Part shown: piece after piece, positions 1-10,685 of the stretch | How positions within the stretch are numbered: position 1 is the stretch's first letter | Layout of the letters: each line of letters starts with the position of its first letter | DNA from: an uncultured Candidatus Rokubacteria bacterium | GTDB taxonomy: Bacteria; Methylomirabilota; Methylomirabilia; Rokubacteriales; CSP1-6 | Direction of reading: 5' to 3' | Length of the DNA: 64,000 nucleotides | NCBI GenBank assembly: GCA_963747235.1 | Contig: CAVVEU010000029.1 | Location: 64,001-128,000, forward strand | Program-made: the position numbers and the translations under genes | Notes under the pieces: model-generated | What the model was told of the DNA's origin: nothing | Databases searched by the model: none | Seen by the model: only the letters and a program-made list of their open reading frames with translations

Positions 1-406
1 CCTCCGGCCCTTCCGCCACCGAGAAGCCCAGCCCCTCGAAGACCTCGATGATCTCCTCGGTGACCCGGGTGATCGGATGCACCGGGCCCGGAGCCGGGCG
101 GCGGCCGGGCAGCGTGAGATCGGGGCGATCGGCCTGCCGGGTGAGGCGACGCTCTTCCGCCTTGAGCCCCTCGAGCCGCTGCGCGATGGCGGCCTCGACC
201 TCTGCCTTGGCCTGATTGGTCTGCTCGCCGATCTTCGGGCGCTCCGCGGCCGGGACGGCGCCGAGCGAGCGCAGGAGCGTGGTGAGCTGGCCCGAGCGGC
301 CGAGCACGCGCACCCGCACCTGCTCGAGGTCGGACGTGGAGCGGGCCCCGGCGACCTCCGCCAGGGCCCGGTCGAGGACTTCCTGGACCCGCGGGTCCCC
401 CGCCAC
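1..406 (-). CDS. pheS: Phenylalanine-tRNA ligase alpha subunit, N-terminal part (runs off window)
   Basis: Not in the ORF track. Manual translation from GTG at 406 gives VAGDPRVQEVLDRALAEV...LEQVRVRVLGRSGQLT...DLTLPGRRPAPGPVHPITRVTEEIIEVFEGLGFSVAEGPE, the PheS N-terminal coiled coil plus motif 1. Lies directly after rplT. Confidence 0.93.
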   Translation of the reverse strand, partial: MAGDPRVQEVLDRALAEVAGARSTSDLEQVRVRVLGRSGQLTTLLRSLGAVPAAERPKIGEQTNQAKAEVEAAIAQRLEGLKAEERRLTRQADRPDLTLPGRRPAPGPVHPITRVTEEIIEVFEGLGFSVAEGPE

Positions 407-408
407 GC

Positions 409-765
409 TCAGGCGCGCTGGGCGCGAGCCGTCTCGGCCAGCTTGGCGAAGGCCGTCGGATCGGATACGGCCAGCTCGGCGAGGATCTTGCGATCCAGCG
501 CGATGCCGGCCTTCTTGAGCCCCGCCATGAAGACGGAGTACGACAGCCCGACCTGCCGGCACGCCGCGTTCACCCGGATGATCCAGAGCGCCCGCGCCCG
601 CCGCTTCTTCTGCTTGCGTCCCCGGTAGGCGAAGGCGCCGGCGCGCAGCACCGTCTCCGAGGCCGGGCGGAAGAGCTTGCGCCGTCCGCCGAAATACCCC
701 TTCGCCTGCTTGAGGACCTTCTTCCTGCGCTGGCGGGTCTTGGCCCCGCCCTTTGCCCGTGGCAT
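409..765 (-). CDS. rplT: 50S ribosomal protein L20
   Basis: MPRAKGG...KQAKGYFG...LWIIRVNAA...[10 protein letters not shown]; canonical operon position. Confidence 0.98.
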   Translation of the reverse strand: MPRAKGGAKTRQRRKKVLKQAKGYFGGRRKLFRPASETVLRAGAFAYRGRKQKKRRARALWIIRVNAACRQVGLSYSVFMAGLKKAGIALDRKILAELAVSDPTAFAKLAETARAQRA

Positions 766-777
766 GAGTTCTTCTCC

Positions 778-975
778 TTAGAGGTACGGAACCAGACGCT
801 TGATGCGCGGCTCGTCCACCTTCGCGACCAGGACCGCCTTCCCCAGGCGCCGCCTGCGCTTGGGGGACTTGGCCTCGAGCTTGTGCCGCTTCCAGCCGCG
901 GTTGCGCTTGAGCCGGCCGGTGCCGGTGGCCTTGAACCGCTTGGCCGCCGCCCGCTTCGTCTTCATCTTCGGCAT
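778..975 (-). CDS. rpmI: 50S ribosomal protein L35
   Basis: [20 protein letters not shown]; lies between infC and rplT. Confidence 0.98.
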   Translation of the reverse strand: MPKMKTKRAAAKRFKATGTGRLKRNRGWKRHKLEAKSPKRRRRLGKAVLVAKVDEPRIKRLVPYL

Positions 976-985
976 CGACGTGCTC

Positions 986-1501
986 CTAGTGTGGTTTCGG
1001 CGAGAGGATCATGCTGAGCATGCGGCCTTCCATCCGGGGATGGTTCTCGATGACCGCGATGTCCTGCATGCCCTCCACCATCTTGTTGAGCATCTTCCAG
1101 CCGAGCTCGGTGTGCGCCATCTCGCGGCCCTTGAAGCGCACCGTCACCTTGGCCTTGTTGCCTTCCTCCAGGAACCGCCGCACGTGCTTGGCCTTGAAGT
1201 CGAAATCGTGCGTGTCGGTCTTGGGTCCGAGCTTCACTTCCTTCACCTGGATGATCGTCTGCTTCTTGCGCGCGTCCTTCTGCCGCCGCGCCTGCATGTA
1301 CTTGTACTTGCCGAAATCCATGATCCGGCACACCGGCGGCTGCGCCTCCGCGGCCACCTCCACCAGATCCATCTCCCGCTGCCGGGCCAGCTCCAGCGCC
1401 TGCGCGATCGGCAGGATCCCGAGCTGCTCGCCGTCGGCCGACACCACCCGCACTTCCCTCACCCGAATGCCTTCATTGATCCGGATGTCCTTTGACTGGA
1501 T
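986..1501 (-). CDS. infC: Translation initiation factor IF-3 (probable ATC start)
   Basis: [15 protein letters not shown]...DLVEVA...[14 protein letters not shown]...FKGRE. The frame extends upstream to ATC at 1501, 6 nt after the SD AAGGAG. Confidence 0.96.
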   Translation of the reverse strand: MQSKDIRINEGIRVREVRVVSADGEQLGILPIAQALELARQREMDLVEVAAEAQPPVCRIMDFGKYKYMQARRQKDARKKQTIIQVKEVKLGPKTDTHDFDFKAKHVRRFLEEGNKAKVTVRFKGREMAHTELGWKMLNKMVEGMQDIAVIENHPRMEGRMLSMILSPKPH

Positions 1502-1529
1502 GGCGCGCTCCTTGGGGTGCGGGGCCGGC

Positions 1530-3329
1530 TCAGCCGGCGTGACCCACGGTGAGGGTGGCGGAACGACTTCCGATCTCGGCGATGAGCTCGGCCACGATGC
1601 GCTCCACCGGCACCGCGCCCACGTCTTCGCCCGTGCGGCGGCGCAGGCTGGCCGCGCCGCTCTGGGCCTCGCGCTCTCCCACGACCAGCATGTACGGCAC
1701 CTTGCGCATCTGGGCGTCGCGGATGCGGTAGCCCAGCTTCTCGTTGCGATCGTCGAGCTCGGCGCGGATGCGCGCGGCGCGGAGGGCCGCGAAGACCTTC
1801 CGCCCGTACTCGGCGTGCTTCTCGCTGATCGGGAGCACGCGGGCCTGCACCGGGGCCAGCCAGGTCGGGAAGGCGCCCGCGAAGTGCTCGGTCAGGATCG
1901 CCACGAAGCGCTCGTAGGAGCCGAAGATCGCGCGGTGGATCACCACCGGCCGCTTGGCCTGCCCGTCCGTGTCGATGTACTCGCACTGCATGCGCTCGGG
2001 CAGCATCGTGAGGTCCACCTGGATGGTGGCGAGCTGCCACTGCCGCCCCAGCGCGTCCTCCACGTCGATGTCGATCTTGGGCCCGTAGAAGGCGCCGCCG
2101 CCCTTGTCCAGATCGGAGACGAGATCGTTCGCGCGCAGAGCCTGGTGGAGCGCGTCCTCCGCCTGGTCCCACTGCTGCTCGGTCCCGAGCTTGTCGGGCG
2201 GCCGCGTGGCGAGCCGGTACGAGGGCTGCAGGTTGAAGGTGGCGTACCACTCGCGCACCAGCTGGAGGAGGTCCGTGATCTCGGACTGGACCTGTTCCGG
2301 CCGGCAGTAGAGGTGCGCGTCGTCCTGGGTGAACTGGCGCACCCGCACCAGCCCGGACAGCGCGCCGGAGCGCTCGTTGCGGTGGTCGCGCCCCATCTCC
2401 GAGTAGCGGATGGGCAGATCGCGGTAGGAGCGGAGCGCCCGCTTGTAGACGAGGGCGGACTCCGGGCAGTTCATGGGCTTGAGGCTGAAGACCTCGTCCT
2501 CGACCTCGAACTTGAACATGTTGTCCTGGTAGAGGTCCCAGTGCCCGGACTGCTCCCAGAGCTTCTTGTTCACGAGCAGCGGGGTGGCGATCTCCTGGTA
2601 GCCGCGCGCGTCGAGCGACTCGCGGGCGAACTTCTCCAGCTCGCGCACCAGGATCATCCCGCCGGGCAGCCAGAACGGCGCGCCCGGCGCGATGTCGAAG
2701 AAGTCGAACAGGTCGAGCTCGCGCCCGAGCTTGCGGTGATCGCGCTTCTTCGCTTCCTCGAGCCGCCAGACGTGCTTGTCCAGCTCCTCCTGGGTGAGCC
2801 AGGCCGTCCCGTAGATCCGCTGCAGCATCGGGTTCTTCTCGTCCCCGCGCCAGTAGGCGCCGGAGCTCGAGAGCAGCTTGAAGGCCTTGAGCTGGCCGGT
2901 CGACGTGACGTGGGGCCCGCGGCAGAGGTCGAGGAAATCGCCCTGCCGGTAGATCGAGACCGTCGGCGCCTCGATGCCGCGCAGGATCTCGACCTTGAAC
3001 GGCTCGCCCCGCTCCTCGAAGAAGGTGATGGCCTTCTCCCGCGGCATGTCTTCTCGGATGAAGGGGAGGTCGCTCTTCACGATCTCGCGCATCACCTGCT
3101 CGATGCGCTCGAGGTCCTCCGGGGTGAACGGGGTCGCCTTCAGGAAGTCGTAGTAGAACCCGTCCTCGATGGCCGGGCCGATGGCCACCTTCACCTCGGG
3201 GAAGAGCCGCTTCACCGCCTGGGCCATCACGTGGGACGTGGAATGGCGCAGGGTGGGCAGGGGCTCGGGGAGGCAGTCGAACTCCCCCGCGAACTCCAGG
3301 TGCCGCGCTTCTTCAGACGATTCGGCCAT
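1530..3329 (-). CDS. thrS: Threonine-tRNA ligase (no N-terminal TGS domain)
   Basis: RHSTSHVMAQAV, DLCRGPH, GAYWRGDEKN, RDHRKLG, KPMNCP, FYGPKID, HRAIFGSYERF. Confidence 0.98.
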   Translation of the reverse strand: MAESSEEARHLEFAGEFDCLPEPLPTLRHSTSHVMAQAVKRLFPEVKVAIGPAIEDGFYYDFLKATPFTPEDLERIEQVMREIVKSDLPFIREDMPREKAITFFEERGEPFKVEILRGIEAPTVSIYRQGDFLDLCRGPHVTSTGQLKAFKLLSSSGAYWRGDEKNPMLQRIYGTAWLTQEELDKHVWRLEEAKKRDHRKLGRELDLFDFFDIAPGAPFWLPGGMILVRELEKFARESLDARGYQEIATPLLVNKKLWEQSGHWDLYQDNMFKFEVEDEVFSLKPMNCPESALVYKRALRSYRDLPIRYSEMGRDHRNERSGALSGLVRVRQFTQDDAHLYCRPEQVQSEITDLLQLVREWYATFNLQPSYRLATRPPDKLGTEQQWDQAEDALHQALRANDLVSDLDKGGGAFYGPKIDIDVEDALGRQWQLATIQVDLTMLPERMQCEYIDTDGQAKRPVVIHRAIFGSYERFVAILTEHFAGAFPTWLAPVQARVLPISEKHAEYGRKVFAALRAARIRAELDDRNEKLGYRIRDAQMRKVPYMLVVGEREAQSGAASLRRRTGEDVGAVPVERIVAELIAEIGSRSATLTVGHAG

Positions 3330-3347
3330 GATTCCCCTGTTTCTAGA

Positions 3348-3384
3348 GACAACAAAGCATCACAGGGCTGCGCCCGGTGATGCT
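3348..3384 (-). terminator. Terminator-like hairpin between tRNA-Val and thrS
   Basis: Minus strand AGCATCAC-cgggcgcagccct-GTGATGCT followed by TTGTTGT. Confidence 0.5.
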
Positions 3385-3457
3385 CGCAACTCCCTCACTC
3401 GCTCACGCGCGACCAGCTAGCGATGCGCACCCCCAAAGGTGCTGCCGTGAAACGAAA

Positions 3458-3532
3458 TGGTAGGCTCGGGCGGTTTCGAACCGCCGACCTCTACCGTGTC
3501 AAGGTAGCGCTCTCCCACTGAGCTACGAGCCT
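3458..3532 (-). tRNA. tRNA-Val (GAC)
   Basis: AGGCTCGTAGCTCAGTGGGAGAGCGCTACCTT-GAC-ACGGTAGAGGTCGGCGGTTCGAAACCGCCCGAGCCTACCA: cloverleaf, GTTCGA T-loop, encoded CCA. Confidence 0.96.
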
Positions 3533-3552
3533 ACGCCCCGAAAGCATTGAAT

Positions 3553-3581
3553 ACACTACCGGCCGCGGCCTTCCCCGTCAA
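3553..3581 (-). promoter_or_regulatory. Sigma70-type promoter for tRNA-Val/thrS
   Basis: TTGACG-N17-TAGTGT, about 20 nt upstream of the tRNA. Confidence 0.6.
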
Positions 3582-5016
3582 GGGGAACGGCCCGCGGCCA
3601 GCCCGTCCAGGACCGTCTCGATGAGGCCCGGACCGTCTTCCGGCGCCAGGAGGACCCGGGAGGCCGCCAGCATCGAGTAGCCGTCCTGCCCCCGGGCCAG
3701 GTAGTCGGGCACCGCCACCCGGTAGAGGCCGGCCGGGTCGAGTGGCCGCCCCTCGATCACGATCGCCCCGACCCGCTGGCCGGGAGGCCGGGTCGGGTCC
3801 ACGGTCATCTGGATCCCGGCGGTCTGGAGAAAATGGCCGGTGGGCCGCGGCAGCTCGTCCACCGAGCGCTCGAGCGCGGCCCGGAGGGCCACCCCCGTCA
3901 CCTCGAGCAGCGTCACCGTGTTGGCTGAAGGGCAGCAGCTCGCGGACGTCCTTCTTCGTGATGGGGCCCGGCGGGATCACCCGGTTGCCGCGAATGGCCC
4001 CGCTGTTGAGCAGCCCCACCTGGGCGCCCATGCGATTGCGCAGCAGCCCCGCGAGGAACCGGCCGAGCGGCGTCTCCTCGCGGCGCGTCAGGCTCTCCCG
4101 CGCGTCGAGGGCCACCAGGGTGCGCCCCACCTCCACGTCGAGCTCCCGCGCCAGCAGCGCGGCCTGCTGCCGCACGAGGGCGACGATGTCGGCGGCCTCG
4201 GCCAGGCGCTCGTCCACCGGGATCAAGCGCTGGCGGCGGGCGATCACCGCGCCGCAGCGGACCTCGTACTCGACCTGGCCCACGTTCAGCGCGTCGGAGC
4301 CGGCCTTGACGATCACGGCCCGGCCCTCCTCGTGCAGCATGGGATCGTGGTCGTGCCCGCCCAGGATCGCGTCCACGCGCCACCGCGGCGGCCAGCTCGC
4401 GGTCCTGGCGGAGCGGCAGGTGCGTCACCGCCACGCGCAGATCCAGCGGCCCGAGCGCGGCGAAGGCGGCGCGGCCCGCCGCGAGCGGGTCGTCGAAGCG
4501 CAGGCCCGCGCCGGGATTGGACGTGCGCGCCGCCTCGGGCGTGGTGAGCCCGACGACGCCGACGCGCACCCCGTCGAAGTCCCACGCGCGCCCGCGCTCG
4601 GCGCCGCCGAACGGCTGCCCGGTGGCGCGATCGAGCACGTTGGCCGACAGCCACGGGAAGCGCGACTCGCTCACGCGCCGGGCCAGCACCGCGGCCCCGA
4701 AATCGAACTCGTGGTTGCCGAAGGTGGCGACGTCGAGCCCCACCGCGTTCCAGCCCTCGATCATCTGCGCCCCCTGCCGCAGCGTCGAGAGCAGCGACGG
4801 CGAGAGCGTGTCCCCGGCCAGGGCGAAGAGCGTGTGGGGGGTCTGGCGGCGCAGCTCGCGCACCAGCGTCGCCACGCGGGCGAGCCCGCCGCGGCCGGCC
4901 ACCGGCTCGAGCACGTAGACGTCGTTGACGAGCAGGAGCTGGATGCGGACCGGCGGGCGATCCGCGCAGCGCGTCTCCGCGCAGCCCGCGCAGACGATCA
5001 GCGCCAGCAGGGCCAA
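3578..5016 (-). CDS. Bifunctional metallophosphatase/5'-nucleotidase (indels near 3920 and 4375)
   Basis: Lipoprotein-like N-terminus; LLVNDVY, AGDTLSPS, TFGNHEFDFG, ILGGHDH; C-terminal domain NSGAIRG...LLPF...VAVPDYLARGQDGY, spread over three frames. Confidence 0.85.
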
Positions 5017-5047
5017 CGAGAAGAGGCGGACGGGCGGCTTCAGGGAG

Positions 5048-5972
5048 CTAGCGGAGGAACTGGTTCACGAGGCCGCTCACGATCTGGTACTTGAACTGAC
5101 CGTTGATCGCGAGCGTCTGCTTGGCGATCGTCGTCGGGCACCGGCGGGAACGGCTGCGCCAGCTTGACGGCGGTGAGCGCGGCATCGTCGAGGATGGTGG
5201 TGCCCGAGGAATGGCGCAGCTCGATGTGCGAGAGGCGGCCGTCCTTGGCGATGTGGAACTCGATCAGCAGCTCGCCCTCGATCCCCCGGTCCCCGGCCTG
5301 GCGCGGATAGATCCAGTTGGCCTTGATCCGCTCCCGGATCTTGTTGAAGTAGTCCTGATACTTCGGCTCCGGCGTATCGAGCGGGATCGGCTCGCCCTCC
5401 ACACCGCCCCGGCCGCCGCCGGTGAGCCCCCCACCGCCCCCGGGCTGCCGCCGCATGCTGTCCAGCGGACGCGCGACCGCGACCTGGGGCGCCGCCGGCG
5501 GTGCGGACACGGCGGGCTGGCTCGGCGCGGTCTGTGACGGCTGCGTGTCGGGCGCCGCGGGCCGCGGCTCCGGCGTCTTGACCATGGGCTCGGGCGTGGG
5601 GTCCGCCTTGGCGACGGCCTGCGGCGGCGCGGGAGCGGGCGGGGTCGGGCGCGGAGCGGGCGCTCGCGGCGCCTCGGCCGCGCGGGGTGGTGGCGCGGGC
5701 GGTCTGGCCGGCGGGCTGGGCGGCCGATCGCGCACTTCAGGTGGCGTCACCGGTCGCGACGGGTTGCCGAGCGGGGCCTTCTCCTCCGGCCGATCGGGGG
5801 TGATGTCCACCAGCAGCGGCTCCCCGCGCTTGCTGAACTGCGCCGGCTGCAGGAACCCCGGGATCACGACGAAGGGCACGATCAGGAACAGGTGAAACAG
5901 CACCGACGTCACGATGGCCAGAGCCAGCGTGCGTTGGGCCCGGTCCTTGGGGAGCCGAATCCTCCACTTCAC
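5048..5972 (-). CDS. TonB family energy transducer (indel near 5130)
   Basis: N-terminal TM with SVLFH, Pro-rich linker, TonB_C domain (WIYP...GIEG...SSG..ILDDAALTAVKLAQPFPP). Confidence 0.85.
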
Positions 5973-6061
5973 GCGGTCAATTATGGCATGCCCGCCCGCC
6001 GTCCGCGGGACGGGGCGGCAGCGGCCTCCCCCTTCGTTATCGCGAACTTCATGACGAATTG

Positions 6062-6175
6062 TGTCCGTCTGGTGACACGCGGCGGCGGCCTTGCGCGGTC
6101 CCCACCCGGAACCGCCATCTCTTAACGCAAGAATTTCACGCCTTTGCACCGTTCACGACTTGGCACGACCCTGGA
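6062..6175 (+). promoter_or_regulatory. Possible sigma54 promoter with upstream activator site
   Basis: TGGCACG-ACCC-TGGA at 6161-6175 (perfect -24, degenerate -12); TGT-N10-ACA at 6062-6077. Confidence 0.35.
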
Positions 6176-6197
6176 AAGCAAGAGGACCCCCAAGGCC

Positions 6198-7016
6198 ATG
6201 AGACTCCTGACCAAACTGCCCGTCGCGGTGGCCGTCCTGCTCCTGCTGGCCACCTCCCCGTCCGCCCAGCAGCCACAGCCGCTCGCGTTCGGGGTGCTGA
6301 ACCAGCAGAGCCCGGCGCTGACCGCGGAGCGCTGGAACCCGATCCTGCACTATGCGGGCACGGTGAGCGGCGTGCCGCTCCAGCTCAAGATGGGCCGGAC
6401 CGTGCAGGACACCAACGCGATGATGGCCCGCGGGGAGTTCGACTTCGTCTTCACGAATCACAACTTCCAGTCGGAGTTCGACACCATCGGCTTCAAGGTG
6501 ATCGCCCGCTGGGCGGGCGAGCCGATCCGCGCGGTCATCGCGGTGCCGGCGGACAGCCCGATCCAGCACCTGCACGAGCTGGACGGCAAGCGGGTGTCCT
6601 TCCCGTCCACGGACGCCTTCGTCGGCTACGCGGTCCCGCTCGTGGCCCTCAAGCGGGCGGGCGTGCGCGTCGAGCAGATGTTCGGCGGCAACCAGGAAGG
6701 CACGCTCGCGCAGGTCAAGGCGAAGCGCGTCGAGGCGGGAGCGGTCAACTCGCGGTTCCTCAGCCAGTACGCGGAGCGTGAGCACGTGCAGTTCCGCGAG
6801 ATCTACGTGTCCGAGGGCTTTCCCGACCTCGCGGTGATCGCGCATCCCCGCGTGCCCGCGGCCACGGTGGAGCGCGTCCGCCGCGCCCTGCTCGGGATGA
6901 GCGGCGATCCCAATGCGGCGCCCGTCCTCGCCACGGCCAAGTCCAAGGGCTTCGAGCCGGCGGGCGATCGCGACTACGACGGCGTCCGCCGCGTGTACCG
7001 GCTCATCGGCCAGTGA
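6198..7016 (+). CDS. PhnD-like (phosphate/phosphonate ABC-type) periplasmic binding protein
   Basis: Signal peptide; FGVLNQQSP...WNPIL; [17 protein letters not shown]; IAHPRVP; stop overlaps the kinase start (GTGA). Confidence 0.8.
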   Translation: MRLLTKLPVAVAVLLLLATSPSAQQPQPLAFGVLNQQSPALTAERWNPILHYAGTVSGVPLQLKMGRTVQDTNAMMARGEFDFVFTNHNFQSEFDTIGFKVIARWAGEPIRAVIAVPADSPIQHLHELDGKRVSFPSTDAFVGYAVPLVALKRAGVRVEQMFGGNQEGTLAQVKAKRVEAGAVNSRFLSQYAEREHVQFREIYVSEGFPDLAVIAHPRVPAATVERVRRALLGMSGDPNAAPVLATAKSKGFEPAGDRDYDGVRRVYRLIGQ

Positions 7017-9408
7017 AGTCCAGCCTCCGCACCCTGCTCCTCGGCTTCTCGAGCGTGGCGATCGTCGTCGTCACGCTGAGCGGCCTCGCGGTCAACCTGC
7101 GCGATCGGAGCAACGCGGCCCGGGTGCGGCTGAGCGAGCAGACCGAGCGGCTCGCCACCGCGGCGGGCCCGTTGCTGCTCGACTCGCTCGTGGTCGGCGA
7201 CCTCGCGCGCGCGGAGCAGACGCTGCGGAACCTGAACGCGGACTCGGTGTGGAGCCTGGTCACCCTCTACGAGGCCGACGGGACCCGGCTCATCTTCGAC
7301 GCCTCCCCGGATAATCTTCGCCGCTCCGGGGCGCCCCGCTGGGTCAAGCACCTGGTGCCGCTGACCCTCGAGGAGCATCGTGTGCCGATCGCGGCGGCGC
7401 CGGTCGTCTACGGCATCCTCGCGGTCACCCCCTCGGTACAGAGCCTGGAGAGCGAGCTCTGGGCCGAGATCCGCACCATGATCGCGGTCACCGGCGTGCT
7501 GCTGGTGACCCTGCTCGGCCTCACCCACGTGATCCTGCTCGTCGGCCTTCGCCCGGTGCGCGCCCTCGCCGAGAGCGCGGCGCGGCTCGGGAGCGGTGAT
7601 CTCACCACCCGGATGCCCGAGACCCGGCTGAGCGAGATGGCGCCCACCGTGCGCGCCTTCAACTCGATGGCGGCCAGCCTCGAGCAGGCCCTGCACGATG
7701 CCCGCACCCGCGAGGCCCGGCTGGAGAGCCTCGTCGAGATCAGCGGCGACCTGTCCCGGATGCAGGAGCTCGACTCCCTCCTCGGGCGCATCGCCGACGC
7801 GTGCGGGCGCCTCGTCAACACCGACTGGGTGGGCTTCCGCCTGGTGGACGGCGACGAGCTGGTCGTCGCGGGCACGCTCGACGGCGGCAAGCACATGCCG
7901 GTGAAGCCGCGGATCAAGATCGGCGAGAGCCTGGACGGCCGCGTCGCGAGCACCGGCCGGGCCCTGATGCTCCGGGACCCCGCCAACCATCCCGACCTGG
8001 ACCCCGAGCACGCGGCCTCGATGCGGCTCTTCGGCTACCGCGGGCTCCTCATGGTGCCGGCCAAGATCGGCGACCGCGTGGTCGGCGTGCTGAGCTTCCT
8101 CACCACCCGCGAGGAGGGCTTCACGGCGGAGGACATGGCCATCGCCACCGCCTTCGCCTCCCACGCCGCGATCGCGCTCGAGAACAGCCGCCTGCTCCTC
8201 GAGTCCCGGCGCGCCTACGACGAGCTGGCCGAGACCCAGGGCCAGCTCGAGCAGGCCCAGAAGATGGACGCGATCGGCCGCCTCGCGGGCGGGGTCGCGC
8301 ACGACTTCAACAACCTGCTCACCGTCATCCTCGGGCGCACCGACATCCTGCTGCACCCGCTGAAGCCGCGAGGACCCGATGCGGCGCGGCATCGAGCTGA
8401 TCCAGCGCACCGCCGGCCGCGCGGCCGACCTGACGCGCCAGCTCCTCGCCTTCAGCCGCAAGCAGGTGCTCGAGCCCGTCGTCCTCGACCTGAGCGCGGT
8501 GACCACGGACATGAAGGACCTGCTCGGGCGCCTGATCGGCGAGGACATCGCGCTCCTGACCACGCCGACGCCGGGGCTCGGCCGCGTGAAGGCCGACCGC
8601 GGCCAGATCGAGCAGGTGGTCATGAACCTGGCGGTCAACGCGCGCGACGCCATGCCCCAGGGCGGCCGCCTCATCCTCGAGACCGCGAACGTGGAGCTCG
8701 ACGACGAGTACGTGCGGCGGCACGTGGGCGCGCGGCCGGGATCCCACGTCATGCTCGCGGTCTCCGATACCGGCACCGGCATCGCCGCGCGAGATCCAGG
8801 CCCAGATCTTCGAACCGTTCTTCACGACCAAGGAGCAGGGCAAGGGCACCGGCCTGGGCCTGGCCACCGTGTACGGGATCGTCAAGCAGAGCGGCGGCTA
8901 CATCGAGGTGGACAGCGAGCCGGGCCAGGGCACCACCTTCCGCATCTACCTCCCGCGGCTCGACGCGGCGGCGGTGACGGTGGACCGGAGCGCGCGGCCG
9001 GCCGCGGCCGCGGGGGGCACCGAGACCATCCTCCTGGTGGAGGACGAGGAGGGCGTGCGCGAGCTCGCGCGCGACATCCTCCGGGCCAGCGGCTACACGG
9101 TGCTCGAGGCGCGCAACGGCGCCGAGGCCCTCCTGCTCTGCGAGCGGCACCAGGGCCCGCTCGACATGCTGCTCACCGACGTGGTCATGCCCCGCATGAG
9201 CGGCCGCGAGCTGGCCGAGCGCCTGGCTCCGCTACGGCCCGAGCTGAGCGTGCTGTACATGTCGGGCTACACCGACGACGCGGTCATCCGCCACGGGGTG
9301 CTGGCCGCCGGCACCGCCTTCCTGCAGAAGCCGTTCACGCCCGCCGCCCTGGTCCTGCGCGTCCGCGAGACGCTCGACCTCACCGCCGCGGCGAACGCCG
9401 CCGCCTGA
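7013..9408 (+). CDS. Hybrid sensor histidine kinase (TM-HAMP-GAF-HisKA-HATPase-REC); indels near 8370 and 8790
   Basis: [55 protein letters not shown]...LLTDVVMP...FLQKPF. Confidence 0.92.
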
Positions 9409-9415
9409 CCGCCGC

Positions 9416-10432
9416 CTAGAGCCCCCGCCCCACCGCCTCCGCCACCGGCCGGAGCTCGCGCATGAGCTGGGCGAACTTCGACGGCTTGAGCGACTGCGGC
9501 CCGTCCGACAGCGCTTCTTCCGGCCGCGGGTGCACCTCGATGATGAGCCCGTCCGCCCCGCACGCCACCGCGGCCTTGGCCATCGGGGCCACCAGGTCCC
9601 AGTGCCCGGTGCCGTGCGAGGGATCCACCACCACCGGCAGGTGGCAGAGCTTCTTGAGCACCGGCACCGCGTTCAGGTCCAGCGTGAACCGCGTGGCGGG
9701 CTCGAAGGTACGGATGCCGCGCTCGCAGAGGATCACGTTGGGATTGCCCGCGGCGAGGATGTACTCGGCCGAGAGCAGGAACTCCTGGATCGTGGTGGCC
9801 ATGCCGCGCTTGAGCAGCACCGGCTTGCCGATCTCGCCGACCCGGCGGAGCAGGGAGAAGTTCTGGATGTTCCGCGCCCCGATCTGGAGGATGTCGCTGT
9901 ACTCCGCCACCACCTCCACGCTCTCGGTCTCGAGCACCTCGGTGACCACCGGCAGGCCGGTGCGCTTGCGCGCCTCCGCCAGGTAGCGGAGCCCCTGCTC
10001 CTTCAGCCCCTGGAAGGCGTAGGGCGAGGTGCGCGGCTTGTAGGCTCCGCCTCTCAGAATCTTGGCGCCCGATTCCTTGACCGCCTCCGCCACCTCGAGC
10101 ATCTGCGCCTCGGATTCGACCGAGCAGGGCCCCGCCATCACCACCACGTCGCGGCCGCCCACCGTGACCCCGTTGATGCGCACCTCGCTCGACTCGCGGC
10201 GCACTTCGCGGCTGGCCAGCTTGAACGGCTGCTGCACGGGCATGACCGACTCGACGGTCTCCAGCGCCTCGAGCAGGCGCAGGTCGGGCCGGCCGCGCTC
10301 CTCGCCGACCGCGGCCACGATGGTCTTGAACTCGCCGCGGATGACGTGGGGGCCGTAGCCCATCTCGGTGATGCGGCGGCACACGTCGTTCACGTCGGCG
10401 TCGCTGATACCGGACCTGAGTACGATGATCAT
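9416..10432 (-). CDS. aroF: 3-deoxy-7-phosphoheptulonate (DAHP) synthase, type I-beta with N-terminal regulatory domain
   Basis: [50 protein letters not shown]...SDG. Confidence 0.96.
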   Translation of the reverse strand: MIIVLRSGISDADVNDVCRRITEMGYGPHVIRGEFKTIVAAVGEERGRPDLRLLEALETVESVMPVQQPFKLASREVRRESSEVRINGVTVGGRDVVVMAGPCSVESEAQMLEVAEAVKESGAKILRGGAYKPRTSPYAFQGLKEQGLRYLAEARKRTGLPVVTEVLETESVEVVAEYSDILQIGARNIQNFSLLRRVGEIGKPVLLKRGMATTIQEFLLSAEYILAAGNPNVILCERGIRTFEPATRFTLDLNAVPVLKKLCHLPVVVDPSHGTGHWDLVAPMAKAAVACGADGLIIEVHPRPEEALSDGPQSLKPSKFAQLMRELRPVAEAVGRGL

Positions 10433-10471
10433 GTGACTCCTCCTGTTTGGCTGCGCTCTTCTCGCGTTTGG

Positions 10472-10508
10472 AAACAGAAACGCCGCGGGCTGTTGGCCCG
10501 CGGCGTTT
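10472..10508 (-). terminator. Intrinsic terminator of the aroF attenuator
   Basis: Minus strand AAACGCCGCGGGC-caaca-GCCCGCGGCGTTT-CTGTTT, about 40 nt upstream of the aroF ATG. Confidence 0.8.
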
Positions 10509-10559
10509 ATCTTCTAGCTGGCGCCACGGGCGGCTCGTCCGCCCGTGGCTCCCTTTCGT

Positions 10560-10658
10560 TCAGCTCATGGGAGCCAGTAGGCGGACGGTGGGAAAGTAAA
10601 AATACGCCCGCCACGCGTGGTGTTGGCGCGTCGTCGTCCCGGTGCCCGTCGTGCTCAC
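10560..10658 (-). CDS. Aromatic amino acid leader peptide (32 aa) of aroF
   Basis: SD GGAGGA, GTG start, MSTTGTGTTTRQHHAWRAYFYFPTVRLLAPMS*; W and YFYF codons are followed by alternative hairpins and a terminator. Confidence 0.8.
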   Translation of the reverse strand: MSTTGTGTTTRQHHAWRAYFYFPTVRLLAPMS

Positions 10659-10685
10659 TGGCTCGAAGTCCTCCAAAGTGGAGCG

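Noticed and set aside
1011-3380. Long antisense ORFs (e.g. 789 aa opposite thrS, 1024 aa at 11341-14415, 833 aa at 58228-60729)
   Set aside because: Shadow frames produced by high-GC codon bias opposite well-supported genes; no recognisable motifs.
3330-3457. T-box riboswitch upstream of thrS
   Set aside because: Region too short and lacks the GGTGGNACCGCG T-box consensus.
3458-3532. tRNA-Val as an island integration site
   Set aside because: No integrase, no duplicated tRNA 3' end seen, and housekeeping thrS lies directly downstream.
5400-5780. Low-complexity Pro/Ala-coding repeats
   Set aside because: Ordinary TonB periplasm-spanning linker.
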